DNA from: Eledone cirrhosa
Taxonomy: Eukaryota
Length of the DNA: 64,000 nucleotides
Reading direction: 5' to 3'
Assembly (NCBI GenBank): GCA_964016885.1
Contig: OZ024744.1
Span: forward strand, 76,446,001 to 76,510,000
Shown: in pieces, positions 1 through 12,173 of the stretch
Layout: the number at the start of each line of letters is the position of its first letter
Numbering within the stretch: position 1 is the stretch's first letter
The notes under the pieces: generated by a model
Told to the model about the DNA's origin: nothing
The model's database searches: none
The model's input: only the letters and a program-made list of their open reading frames with translations
Translations under genes and position numbers: made by a program

Positions 1-299
1 ATTACATATAAAGGTTTACATATATATATGTATAAAGTCATAGATATATATGTGTTTTGCAACGGGTCACTTTGTGGCTCAATGAAGAATTAAAAAATTA
101 AATAATCAGAGCTATAATATCATAAAACATGTCTATAGAATCACTAGATAAAATATATACCGTTTCCTCTCCCAATTAGCATAATTAACCATATAAAAAA
201 TCAATTAGACCAAGCTATAAGAATAAAGGCTCCTATGAAGAAATCTCCGACAAATAACCGAAAGCAGCCCCTTCGCGGCGGTTACGACCGAGTATTTAA

Positions 300-2358
300 T
301 TTTCAGATTGGTGGTGTTTGGGGAGGGAGGAAATCCTTTTAGTGGGACACGGTTAAGGGGCTTTTGACAAGGGGGTCCACATCATGTGGGAAGTTCTCTT
401 TTAAAGTTTCATACTGTAGGTTTGTTACCCTGATAAGTTTGAGGTTTGGGGTGGGTCGTTGGTTGGTGGGAAGGTTTTCCCTTCCGTTTGTATTGTGGGG
501 TCCTTTCGGACAGTTTCCACCAGTTCTTTGTTTCTTGTTTTTATGTATGTGTAATGTATTTTGTTTTTTATGTGTACTGCTTCTGTTTATAGTTTTCTTT
601 TTGTGGTTGGGCTTTGTGATTGTGGTGGTGTGGGTCTTTGTTTTGTTGTTGGTGAAGTGTTTAGGTGTGTTGGTGGTAATTGTGTTGTTGGTGTTTTTGT
701 CGTTTGTGGCGGTGTGTTGGGTGTGTTGGGCGGTGGGGTTGGGTGTGTGCGTGTTTTCTGTAGATGTGTTTGTGTCTTTTTATTTATTTTTATTTTTGGC
801 GTTCCTCTTCATTCTCACTTGGAGATGTAGAGGTTCCCGTGTCTGAGACTTCTGAAGCAGGGGTAGATGGGAGGGGTATGTTGTGTGGTGGAGTGTTTGT
901 GCAGGTGTTTGTGGAAGTATTTGACAGGGAAGGAGGCGGCAATGGAGGGTTTTTCAGTGGGATTTTGTGTGTGGTTGTCTCTGGTCTGTGGTGGTGTGGG
1001 AGTGGATGTTGCAGGTTTTTGTGTTGTGTTTGGTTTGGGGTGTTGATGTTGGGGTTTTTGGTGTTGGTAATAACACCTTGTTTGTCCTTGGTTTGTTTAA
1101 GAGAGGGCAAAAGGCCTTTAAGTGTGTGGTTTTCTCACACTTATGGCACTGAGGTCTTTTCCCCTCCACTAAAATGGAGATGACATCTTCCTCAAGGACG
1201 ATCCTGTCCGGTATTTTCTCTACTCTCTCTGGCCTCGTTTGTACCAGAACCTCGATGCAGGTTCCAAACCAGTTATTCCGGTCTGTCCTGTCTACAGATA
1301 GGAGGGTGTCCTCATCCTTATTCAGGATGCAGCGTAGGATCCACCATATGTTGACCTCTGCTGGGATCCTGGTTATTTTTATTTTGTAGGATCTTCTTCC
1401 CATGTATGTGGGGAAGAAGATGTGTTGATTCGTTTTTATTAGGTGAACCGAGTGTTTTTGTGCCAGAGTTTCGCTCTTAAAGAGCTCTGACACACTTCCA
1501 TACTGTTTAGCTCTTTGGAGGTATGCCACGTCTGGCTTGATATCTTTTAGTGCAGCTTCGATAGTGCTTGTTGGGAACGTTATGGGTTTTTTGGTAGTGA
1601 TGTCAACTGTTCTATAAATTGGTTTCTTTTTTTGTGTCATTTCTCTTACTTGTGGGGGTATGTGTATGTGTGGGGTGTCTCCCTCAAACGTCACATAGTT
1701 GGAAGCTTCTTCCAGATATTGGGACTTTTGGAAAATGTCCATGGAGTAATATTTAAAATCCTGTTACTTAGCAACGGTTGCTGCAAATGAAATTTTGTTA
1801 TTGTTGTTCTTGTTGGTAGTGATGATGGTCTCATTCGCTGATGCAGCTGATTCCTTTTGTTGTGTTGTTGTTGTTCTCATTTATTGTGTTGTTGTTGTTG
1901 GTTGTGGTGGTCTTAGTGTTTGCTACACATACTTCCTTTTGTGTGTGGATACATGTGATGTTTGTGACGACAGGCGTGTTCAGTTGCTTACAAGCAGCTG
2001 AAGCTTGTTCCTCTTCTAAATGTTGAGGCGGTAATGTTGGCATTCCTTTGTCCATGTCTGTTACTACCTGCTGGTCAAGTATGCATGGATTTCCCTTCCC
2101 ATCTTCTTGGTTTGACAAAGAAGTAGGTGCCTTTGCTTCGGCCATCTTTTAAAAATTGAAGTTTTGCAAAAATATTTTCGAAAATATGTTAGATGTTTTT
2201 GCCCTGGGGGGCACGATATTTTGGGAGTCTGACCAGATCAAAATTTGACCGGTCAGTCCCCCTAAAAATTGGAATAAAAATAAAATTTCACAATGACGAA
2301 TTTCTAAAGAACTTTAAACAAAACTTACCGAGCAAGTTTAACACAAGTGTCCATCAGC
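300..2358 (-). mobile_element. L1/Tx1-type LINE 5' part: 5'UTR plus ORF1, no ORF2 visible
   Basis: ORF1 pieces 1831..2145, 954..1742 and 790..1110. The C-terminus (PNLKLIRV..YETLKENF) matches the ORF1 end at ~25850-25960. The 5' end abuts (GATA)n at ~2360. Confidence 0.85.
320..2145 (-). pseudogene. Tx1 ORF1 (gag-like, CCHC zinc knuckle), frameshifted
   Basis: CHKCEKTTHLKAFC knuckle; FFPTYMGRR..KIKIT motif shared with the other ORF1 copies; Pro/Thr/Asn-rich tails. Confidence 0.85.
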
Positions 2359-2377
2359 GGAGATAGATAGATAGAAA

Positions 2378-3469
2378 GATTTCTTAATTGGCCACAAGGG
2401 CGCAAAAAGATGGGGACAAATACAGAGTGGGGAGTTTACATACATGCGTGTAAAAAAATAGAATTAATAAAATAACAAATAACAAATAACAAATAACAAT
2501 TAACAATTGAAATCCCCAGTAGGGAAGAGGCGTTACACATGGGTTGTACACACCCCGAAAAAAATGTACAACCCTCATCTACAGGAGCACGAAGAGTGAG
2601 CGCTCCTTTCCTCTCTTCCTCTTTTTCCTCAACCGACATGTTTATATAGAGAAAAGGCCCAACCACTCGGGCCATCCTTGCCACATTCACCCACCTTTCG
2701 TAAAATTTGCTGGGGTACAGTGCCTCTCTCTCCACTCTGATTCTTCTTCTAAAATGATATTTGAAGAAGCGAACCAGTTGTTCGCCGGAGAGAAAGGTGT
2801 CTGACCTCAGCCCTTTCAGTTTCGTCCACCATATAGCCTCTTTCACCATAGCCATTACACAGAGGAAAACCGCCTATACCTCGTTTTTGAAGGAATGTGG
2901 CGGTTTGATCGCAATAATGGACACGGTGGTCAACCGGATTGTCCCACCCGCGACAGTAGTCGTTCTGCATAGCTCCACAGGTCGGCAACGCCCGGACAGT
3001 GTACGAATGCGTGCGCGACGGTTTCCTCGTCCCGCACGCATCTCGGACAGATCTTTTACGAGGGAACCCTGCCCTGGCGCCCCTGTCTGTAGAGCTTGTC
3101 TCGAACGGGTAGAGCTCCTCGGTAACACTGCCAGGCCAGGGACTTTCGGAAGTTGTCCATCGGTCCCGAACGGAATGTACTACCGAACAGACTGGCCAAT
3201 TCGTCTTCCTCTACGTCTAGAGTTTCTCCGAGAGTGTCGTCGCACTTGCTGCGGACCAACCCTTTATAGAATGTCGAGGTGGAGTCTCCACTGATCGCCG
3301 GATCCGTTTGCCAGAGGACTGTGAGCGCCTGAGCACATTCAATGTGCCAGTCGCCCATTTTCCTCGGTCTTTGCTTGACCCAGGACTGCAGCTCGGTCAG
3401 CGAGACGAGTCGCGGGAAGGCTCGCCTACACCGGTTGTTCGGTGAGGAATACATGGAGGTGCCGCAGCC
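2378..3469 (-). mobile_element. 5'-truncated Tx1 LINE (ORF2 C-terminus plus 3'UTR)
   Basis: LAWQCYRGALPVRDKL and CPRC..ETV.H zinc-finger region, homologous to 16.8-17.6 kb and 22.3-23.1 kb; (GATA)n on both sides. Confidence 0.9.
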
Positions 3470-3470
3470 T

Positions 3471-3555
<85 letters not shown>

Positions 3556-3571
3556 GTTTGTGTGTGTGTGA

Positions 3572-3615
<44 letters not shown>

Positions 3616-3622
3616 GGGGGGG
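3470..3622. repeat. (GATA)n/(GT)n/(GA)n compound microsatellite
   Basis: Direct reading. Confidence 0.95.
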
Positions 3623-4259
3623 GAGATAAAGATGTATGTATATCGACACGACTTTACATCATCTTATTACTTCCAAACAGTCCACTCGCGGGGTAGCCAG
3701 TGGGTGGGCCACCATTTGCTCACAATAGTGAGAGATGGGGAATGCAGGAGAGACGATGACAGTGTGAGTTTGGTTCTTTTGTATTCAGAGCTAGTGTATA
3801 TATGTGTATGTAAGAGAGAATTAGTATCTATTTACAATCTATGAGCCGAGCTGTCTGCATTTCAAGATATATTTATTGTCTGATTAAATAAAAACACCCT
3901 TTCTAAAAGTACATGATCTTTGACCTTGTAAATTGACCGAGCAAGGTTACGATTCCGGTTAGGTAATAATTATTTATATTCCACTAATGAACATATACAA
4001 GAATCTATCCATTTCCTGCATAAAATTGTGTTGAGGTACACTACAAAGTTTGTACTCAACCATTTTTCTGTACATTGAGTACACAGTCAACTTCCTGTTT
4101 GTAGAACTCTCGCTTCTTTTCTGCTTACTTTTCTGCTTGTTTTGTTTTGAGATTTATTGATACTAAGTTTTGCTTCCTCCTTCGGAATTTCTTCTCTATT
4201 TGTTCTACACACTGTTCTACAGCTGTAACAACTAAGGCATTAACGTACAGCAGTTCCGG

Positions 4260-4756
4260 GTGACATTCCTGAATGTGTTAGGTAAGTCGTTGCCGACCGA
4301 GTCAGTTCGTATTCGGAGTTACGACCCTCCTTGACTATGTCTCGTTCGTATGTTCAATTTCTTTAGGGAAGGTAAGCATATTTTCTACTCTTGGGTTCCT
4401 TTCCTATAACCAACCATTTTGCAGAATTTAGTGGGTGTATTCTATCGCAGTATTAGTAATAAAATGGTCTCCTTGTCCCCTACAAATCTATAGAGGTGTT
4501 CCAAATGACATGCTGAAATGTGTTAGGTAGATCGTTACGGATCAGTTTAGTTCGTATTGAGAATTATAACCTTCCTTGTCGTGACGGGGGACCAAGTCCC
4601 GTTCGTATATTTTATTTTATTTATTTTTATTTTTTTTGTCCATATTTTCTACTTTTGGGTTCCTTTCCTGCAACTAATCACATTGCAGAGTTTAGTGGGA
4701 GTATTCTATCGAAATATCAGTATTAACGATGGCCTTCTTGTCCCCTGCAAATCTAA
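4260..4756. repeat. Diverged two-unit tandem duplication (~250-bp unit)
   Basis: tgacat..aatgtgttaggta and catattttctact.ttgggttcctttcct...ccttgtcccct.caaatcta each occur twice. Confidence 0.8.
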
Positions 4757-5304
4757 AGAACCAACGGTGCTCTACACTGTATCGGCTTGTTCACTAAACA
4801 TTTTACAATGTGTATTTGACGCATTTTATTGTCGCTACTGCAATGGAAATTAGGTTTTGTCTCAAGCAAGTGTATAGTCTCCTCTCTATCAAACGTTGTG
4901 TCCGTTTGTTCACCAGCATCAGTGGATTCTCTTTTATTCGGTATATAGAAGAGAATGAGATGAAAGAGGACCAAAGAGATGGTGGTGGGGGGGGGGGGGG
5001 GTGATAAAAGGGATTGTCAAGCAAGGCAGAGTGATAGACAGTTACATAACGTTTGTTGTTGGTAAGGTGATACAATATGAACAGCATATGTGAGAGGATG
5101 GAAGAAAAGGGAAAGTTTAATAGAGGACAGGAGAGTGGTGAATGTTAAGAATGTGTGAGGAGGAAGAAGGAGGGGGGGGGGTAATATGTGAGGAAGTAAT
5201 TGATAGCAATGGAGAAAGGTGGTGTTAAGATGTTGGGAGTGATGAATAATGATGGATCTCTCAGTAATGATAAGAGGAAGATTGATTGATAAAGAAGCGG
5301 TATG

Positions 5305-5625
5305 ACATACGGTCAGATATAATGTGATTTCGTCCCTCATTAGACTAGTGCTATGTTGAGAGAGAGAGGGGGATATTGATAGAGAGAGAGAGAGGAGGGA
5401 GATAGGTGGAGAGAGAATGGGGGGAGAGGAGGAGAGAGGGATAAGGGGAGAGGGAGAGAGAGGGGGGATTTGGAGTGGAGAGTGAGTGCGGGAGGGGAGG
5501 GAGAGAGAGAGAGGTGGGGAGGGGAGAGTAGGGAAGGGGGAGAGTGGGAATGAGAGAGATAGGGTAGGGATACGGTCAGATCTAATGTGATTTCGTCCCT
5601 CATTAGACTGATGCTACGTTGAGAG
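5305..5625 (-). repeat. Two ~55-bp direct repeats with a degenerate HHR-like core (CTAATGA-GGGAC-GAAA); probable Penelope pLTR remnant
   Basis: atacggtcagat.taatgtgatttcgtccctcattagact at ~5307 and ~5570. Confidence 0.5.
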
Positions 5626-5859
5626 ATAGGAACTCCATTGTGCCAATGGAGTTCCTATGGATAACCAACCTTGAACTTTTCTATTATGGCCTTATCTGTT
5701 TATAATAGCCCTCCTGGCTATTATAAACAGATAAGGTTTGTAATAAGCCCTAGTGTACTCCAATCAGCAAGCTAGATTCCTCGCCGAACTCATTGTTATA
5801 TTTCACCTTGCTGACAAAATCTCTGTACAAACTGTTCAGCTATCTCTCATTTGCTTTTT

Positions 5860-5997
5860 TTTTTAATATATGGTTTATTGTTATTTGTTATTTATTAATG
5901 TTAAAGTTTATACAATTTTTATGTAAAATCTCCGCCGTCACATCTTGTAATGTCCCATTTCTTGTACGCCCTTGTGGCAAATAAAGAAAGATATCTC
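5860..5997 (+). mobile_element. Tx1 extreme 3' end fragment (opposite orientation)
   Basis: gtaatgtcccattt...cgcccttgtggcaaataaagaaagatatc closely matches the reverse complement of 29612-29660. Confidence 0.75.
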
Positions 5998-6072
5998 TAA
6001 TTTCCTTGGCGATCATCACACTACAGAACTCGACACCATATTAACGGCCTTCTCTAGGCCGACAAAAACAAA

Positions 6073-6300
6073 TTAGAGTGGCTTACCCCTAGCTAGATTC
6101 TTCTGTAGCTGTCTTACTAGAAAAAGGATATCGGTAGTACACCGTTTTGACATAAATCCCAACAATTCCGAACTTTCTACAAATTCAGTTCTCTTCGTAA
6201 CCAGTTTTGCTACAATTCTTTTAGTAACTGTAATAATCTGGTTCATCAATTGAATACCATTGTGGCTGCCTCTATCTAGAGCTGCTCCTTTACTCATTGT
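6073..6300 (-). pseudogene. RTE-clade LINE RT fragment
   Basis: KGAALDRGSHNGIQLMNQ...GFMSKRCTTDILFLVRQLQK resembles the RT motif YRGIKL...GFMPGRGTTDAIF.VRQLQEK. Confidence 0.8.
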
Positions 6301-6344
6301 AGCAGTTGAATAGCATACAAGTATTACTCCCTTTCAGCCGAGCT

Positions 6345-6670
6345 TCCACTCACATCAAACCAGTTCGTTATATCCAATCTTCCCTGTCCGCCATTGCAGC
6401 TCTCAATTCATTCATCTACATTGTGGAAGTCAGTGTCTTACTATAGGGTATCTATATTGCCCTACAACCGACGTTTCTTTGACCAAATGGTGGTTTCCAC
6501 AGTACTGGTTTTGATACCTCTTCCTCCGCAGGGTGTCTTACACAGTATCCAGCTAACTTCATCTTCCTGACATCTTACTTTAGATGACACAGATAATAGA
6601 TCTCCATATATCTGTTCAGTTGTCATTCTGTCATATCATGTCATGACATATTCAATGCCATACGCAAGAT
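6345..6670 (-). pseudogene. RTE-clade LINE C-terminal fragment
   Basis: Hand translation across frameshifts gives LRMALNMS..YGDL..VSSKVR..MKLAGYCVRHP.EE..SK.VLWKP and ELRAAMADREDW. Confidence 0.7.
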
Positions 6671-6808
6671 TATAGTATAGCAACTTGGTGTTACACCCGG
6701 TATTATGCAAGGGAGATAATTTGCTAGATATTGTAAGCGTCTCAGCACCCAACCCTGGTGGTACAGTTGTTTCTGAATTCATATTCTACACATACACACA
6801 CACACACA

Positions 6809-6889
<81 letters not shown>

Positions 6890-6954
6890 GCACACACACA
6901 CAGTCTTTCACGCTCTCTTTCTCTCGTCCACTGTATTCTCGCTCAACCACTATT

Positions 6955-7170
6955 CGCAACAGCATGTCCGCAATAGCGTGTCCACACTGTGTCCGCAATA
7001 TAGTGACCACAATAGAGTGTCCACAATATAGTGTCTACACTAGTGTGACTACAATAGAGTGTCCACAATAGTGTGACCATACAAGTGTGTCCACAATAAG
7101 TTGTCCACAATAGTGTGTCCACAATAGTGTGTCCACAATAGTGTGATGTCCTCTATAGCGTCCTCGCAAT
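6955..7170. repeat. ~14-bp minisatellite (gtgtccacaatagt)n
   Basis: Direct reading. Confidence 0.9.
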
Positions 7171-7269
7171 ATACTCTAACCCCACCTTTCTTATGTGTCA
7201 GTGAATGCAAGTACAATGCAATGATTATGTACACACTTCTCTGTCTGTCTGTCTGTATGTATAGAAATA

Positions 7270-7540
7270 ATCGGGCTGGTTAAACCACGGGCGGTTAAAC
7301 CACTGGGAGTGAAGGACACCCCTAACCTTTGTCAGGGCATTCTTCTAGGAGAAGGCAACTCAGGAAACTGGGATAACTCCGATATAAAACCTGCGGCTCA
7401 GTAGTTACCGATGATATTGATCTTTTCTTCTTTTCGGGTTATAGCTACTGTTGCTCAGAGAGTGGGATTGGCTCAGTGCACAGTCTTTCCTCACTTTAAA
7501 AATAATCTTGACGCACAGGCATTGCACGATAGCATTAATT
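7270..7540 (+). mobile_element. Possible RTE-type LINE 5'UTR remnant
   Basis: ctaggagaaggcaactc...aaacc resembles RTE 5'UTR motifs (recalled, not aligned). Confidence 0.35.
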
Positions 7541-7810
7541 AATAATTATTAATAATGGTATATCGTGCAATGGCCATACTCGATAACGAGGGCGCAGCCA
7601 TCATGTATGTATGTATGTATGCATGTATGTATGTATGGTCCTTTAACTCCTGATAGAGTCGTAGGGGCGCCATATTGACATACGGCGTTTCTAGGGCATT
7701 TTTAAAACCTGGCGGAGACCATCGCCTCTCCAAGACTGAATAGAAGAAGACTTCTTCCAGAGAAAGATAGAAAGCGAGAAAGAGGAAATGAGGAAGAGAT
7801 ATAGAGGAAG

Positions 7811-7955
7811 AATAGACCCTAGTACTTGACCGGTACTTTTTTTATCGAGCTCAAAAGGTTGAAAGGCAAAGTTGACCTCGGTGCGATTTGAACTCAGAGA
7901 ACCGGAACGAATACCATAAAACATTCTATCTGACGTTCTAACGACTCTGCCAATT
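7811..7955 (-). mobile_element. tRNA-derived SINE (octopod-type)
   Basis: Minus strand has A-box TGGCAGAGTCGT, B-box GAGTTCAAATC and body gaggtcaactttgcctttca. Confidence 0.85.
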
Positions 7956-8161
7956 AATTCACCGTCTTACACAGTTCTCTAGCAACAGCAACACAGAACA
8001 TGTATAAACCTCATCTTTTCTAAGTACACCCCCGACAGGCACTTGACATTAGTATTCACTGCCCTCTTTCTTCCAGTCTTTTATGTCACTTTGATTTTTT
8101 TTTTTTTTTGTGTAATGATTCTGTCCACGTTACTACGCTACATAACACAATGCCACCATCC

Positions 8162-8758
8162 CTTCTGGTCTCATAGGCACAAGGCCTGCAATTTTGGGGT
8201 AGGGGAAAGTCGTTTAAATCGACCCCAGTCCGTTACTGGTACCTTATTTTATCGACCCAGTAGGGATGAAAGTCAAAGCTAACCTCGGCGAGATTTGAAT
8301 TCATAACGTAAAGGGCAGTAAAGCCGCTAAACATGTTGTCCGACGATGTACCGATTCTGCCAATTCAGCTGGGTTATAATAATTGTTTCTACTTTTGGCA
8401 CAAGGCTAGCAATTATCCCAGTGCATTACTGGTACTATATTTTATCGACCCCGTAAGGATGAGAGGTAAAGTTAACCTCAGCGGCATTTGAACTCAGAAC
8501 GTAAAGGGACGTAAGCCTATGCTGCAAAGAATGGCCTCAGACGCTCTACCGATACTGTCAATTCGTTATAATAATTGTTTCTACTTTTGGCACAGGCTCA
8601 GCAATTATTCCAGTGTATTACTGGTACTTTATTTTATCGACCCCGTAAGGATAAAAGGCAAAATTTACCTCGGCAGGATTTGAACTCAGACCATGAAGGG
8701 CTGTAACTCTATGCGTCAAAGCATGGCGTCCGACCCTCTACCGATACTGCCAATCCAC
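8162..8758 (-). mobile_element. Three head-to-tail copies of the same tRNA-SINE
   Basis: Units at ~8162-8368, 8377-8565 and 8568-8758, each with A/B boxes and a ccttgtgcc-like 3' part. Confidence 0.85.
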
Positions 8759-8965
8759 CAAATAATTATTTATATAAAGTACACAGTAATTTCTTTATTC
8801 GCCGTTTCAGAAAAAATATTTGCCTGTATTTTTTCTTAAAGAGACTACGAAATCTGTCAGGAAGGTGAAGGTTACTATGAGACCAGGCAGCCATTGGTCA
8901 CACATAGGTGAAGGTTACTATCAAACCAGGCAGCCATTGTAAATTCAGATTTGGTTGATACAGCT

Positions 8966-9248
8966 AAAGTCTAAAGTCTGTCTTAAGCCAGAAGGCTCAT
9001 TTGGCCGGTGCTTATGCCGCTTTCATGGCGTGAAGCGACTGAGAGTTCAAGACTCCCACTTGGACAGGACGCCAGTCCATCGCAAGGTTAAACCTCGAGC
9101 TATTGCTGGTACTCATTTTCAGCTGAGTATACTGGAGCAACGTAAAATGAAGTGTTTTGCTCAAGAACACAACACGCAACCCAGGAATCGACCCCACGAC
9201 ATTATGATCGTAAGTCCAACACTCTTACCACTAGGCCACGTGCCTCCA
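8966..9248 (-). mobile_element. Second tRNA-SINE family (CORE-like body)
   Basis: tRNA head ggcacgtggcctagtggtaag...ggtcgattcc; CORE-like gtgttcttgagcaaaacactt; cttgcgatggactggcgtcctgtcc segment. Confidence 0.8.
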
Positions 9249-9319
9249 CGGTTGATATAGCGGTAGCATGATATTCTCATTGAGTCAATTTCAGTGAACA
9301 AAAACAAAAAAATGTGTTG

Positions 9320-9325
9320 TCTCTC

Positions 9326-9371
<46 letters not shown>

Positions 9372-9413
9372 ACACCCCCACACTCTCTCTCTGTCTTTCT
9401 CTCACACTCTCTT

Positions 9414-9468
<55 letters not shown>

Positions 9469-9573
9469 TTCTCTCTCTCTTTCTCTCTCTCTCTCTCACT
9501 CTCTCTCTCCCTCTGTCTTTTTCTCACACACTCTCTCTCTCTCACTCTCTCTCACTTTCTCTCACTCACTCTC

Positions 9574-9613
<40 letters not shown>

Positions 9614-9645
9614 ACACTCTCTCTCTCTCTATTTCTTTCTCTCTG
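9320..9645. repeat. Degenerate (CT)n microsatellite
   Basis: Direct reading. Confidence 0.95.
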
Positions 9646-9979
9646 TAGGTAACTGTGCAGTTTGATGATTTCACCTCAAGCGGTTTTGATATTAAGACTT
9701 GCTGCCAAACAAGGTCGGGTAGCCTATATAAAACCACGGGTCACGTGTTTCTCGTCAGTGGCCGATCAATGATCAATAATCAATGATCAGTGATCAGTGA
9801 TCAATAATCAATTATCAATTAAGTAGACATCCTATGATGACACATACAATAAGGGACGAAAATCAATTAAAGATGATCATAATTTTTAATCTACAGGGAA
9901 AATAAGGAAACGTGGCATGTTTATGTGTCTATAAATATATATATTTATGTGTGTCTGTGTATATATATATATAGTAATA

Positions 9980-10420
9980 ACTAGCAGAGGTACCCGGCGT
10001 TGCTTGGGTATTAAACAGCAGTTGTGTATACCATTTATGTCAATACTTCAGTGCTGCTAAGAAAACTATACTTTTACAAAATCATCGGCTTTTTCAAAAA
10101 GGGGGTTCCTGCCCCCAGGGGTCCTCTACTCAATATGTGCCAATTCTCATAGTTCACGTTCATCTGTAGAACAAACGTAGCCAATGTGTCAAGTTTTGTG
10201 AAAATCGGTTGCGAACTCCAGAAGTTATCACGTTTTGTTGCATTGCACTGCAGTGCTTCGGTCGACTCCAAGGAAGTGGTTAAAGGGGGTTATCTGCCGG
10301 GAGGCCCTATAATCAATATCTGGAAAAATGAAAGTGCCCATGACCATCCGGAGTACATAAGTAACCTATGTCTTAAGTTTGGGGAAAATACTGTAGAAAT
10401 GCATAAGGTTTACACACACC
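9980..10420 (-). mobile_element. Non-autonomous Helitron-like element (3' end)
   Basis: Minus strand ends with a GC-rich hairpin (cccaagcaacgccggg) followed by ctgCTAG-t; internal aagttt..gaaaatcgg motifs. Confidence 0.6.
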
Positions 10421-10547
10421 TACGTGCGCGTTTGTGTGTGTATGTATTTGTGTATGCGTATGTATATGTATGTGTATGTCCGTCGGCGCATACGTATGTA
10501 CTGGCCTAAATCTTCACTATTTACTTTTACTATTTTAAGGCAAAATT

Positions 10548-10660
10548 AAAATCCCGTCGAGGTTAACTTTGCCTTTCATTCTTACGGGGTCGATAAAATA
10601 AAGTACCAGTAATGTACTGGGTAATTGATGGCCTTGTGCCAAAAGTAGAAACAACTAATT
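10548..10660 (+). mobile_element. tRNA-SINE 3' fragment
   Basis: Same body and tail as 27496-27690. Confidence 0.8.
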
Positions 10661-10739
10661 TAATAACCTCTGTCATTTTCGTTTACAATTTAATTTACAT
10701 CATTCTTAAACTCCGGGCTGGAAATCATTCGGTTATTTT

Positions 10740-11010
10740 AAATAGAATATTAGTCTAACGACTCCATTTATACCATAAACTTGGTCACGCCTTTGCATGA
10801 AATTCTTCTTCTCGGTCCACATAACAACGTATTATCCTCGCCTTTTTCCGTTCATTGCCAGGGAACGTCTTCACGAACCAAAATATCGTCTTCCTGTTTT
10901 CCTTCGGTTGCAACGTTTCGCGAAATATTTAATTCTGCGTCCACAGATTGAATTCTTTAGTTTCACAAGATCCCGTTAATGTTGAAAGCAGCGATTCTTT
11001 GCTTAAACTT
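10740..11010 (+). mobile_element. Penelope-like pLTR fragment (family of 59169-61252)
   Basis: Matches 60960-61230; further pieces at 11928-12032 (-) and 58005-58055 (+). Confidence 0.75.
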
Positions 11011-11220
11011 TCTTTCTTTCTCAACCTCTCTCCCTTATTTCTCATACCCCCTCTCTCTCTCTCTTTCTCTCTCTGTCTCACTCATACCCCCCTCTCGCTC
11101 TTCCTCTACAGAATGGAGAACAATAAAGGACGCGCAGATCTCCCTCTCTCTCTCTCTCTGTCGTTATATATATATGTGTTTGTGTGTATGTGTGTGTGTG
11201 TGTGAACCAGCGTTCGTCGC

Positions 11221-11308
<88 letters not shown>

Positions 11309-11382
11309 CTATCTATCTATCTCTATCTATCTATCTATTATCTGATTATCTTGTACCTCTCTCTCTATAACGACCTATCTCA

Positions 11383-11420
<38 letters not shown>

Positions 11421-11536
11421 CTGATTATCTTGTACCTCTCTGTATAACGACCTATCTCACTCTCTCTCTCTCTCTCTCTCTCTCTACATATCCCTTTCTC
11501 TCTTTAGATGTATATGTATATATGTGTGTGTGTGTG

Positions 11537-11570
<34 letters not shown>

Positions 11571-11639
11571 TTGCAACATGTATGTATTTTCATAGATGTT
11601 TGAGGGTAGTAGAGAGAGTGAATAAGCGTGTAAGAGAGA

Positions 11640-11842
11640 GGGTTACATCATGTATTTAGGTTTATCGATTTTTGTTCATAGAAGCAGGACATTTTTGGCA
11701 AAGTTTATTACGCGTTGACCATCGTTTGTAAATTTGGAGCACATTGGAAAAAAAAATCATCAAAATCGGTAGAGAAATGTGGAAATGCATAAAAATCATA
11801 TACACAGACAGACAGGCATCTTCCGTTTTATACATATAGAGA
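11640..11842 (-). mobile_element. Helitron-like 5' end
   Basis: Minus strand starts TCtctatatgtataaaacggaag..ctgtctgtctg; shares catcaaaatcgg / gaaatgcataa-type motifs with 9980-10420. Confidence 0.55.
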
Positions 11843-12038
11843 TAATAACTGTGAAGACTAAAATCCGAAGAGGGCTCGATAGGGATCATATATATATATA
11901 TCAAAATATATAAAACCATAGAGCAAATATTTATTAAAATAACAGATTAATGTTTAATCATAGAATCGCTGCTTTCACCCTTAACGTGATCTTCTGAAAC
12001 TAAAAAAAATCAATATGTGAACGCTGAAGTAATTCTAC

Positions 12039-12085
<47 letters not shown>

Positions 12086-12128
12086 AAAGAAATCAAAGAA
12101 CGCTTACATACTCAAACAGTTTTTATTT

Positions 12129-12173
12129 GCTGACAATGTTTCATCCATACCGTTGGGCAGGAATCATCAGAGC
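12129..12173 (-). ncRNA. Minimal type I hammerhead ribozyme in a pLTR fragment (12083-12560)
   Basis: gct-CTGATGA-ttcc..gga-t-GAAAC-attGTC-agc followed by AATAAA. Confidence 0.8.

Noticed and set aside
364-1183. Hydrophobic plus-strand ORFs resembling membrane proteins
   Set aside because: Antisense shadows of the A/C-rich Tx1 ORF1; the same applies at 20.3-22 kb and 26-29 kb.
3975-4230. Possible host exon on the minus strand (tgttacag acceptor, Lys/Glu-rich frame)
   Set aside because: The frame closes after ~40 codons with no recognisable motif.
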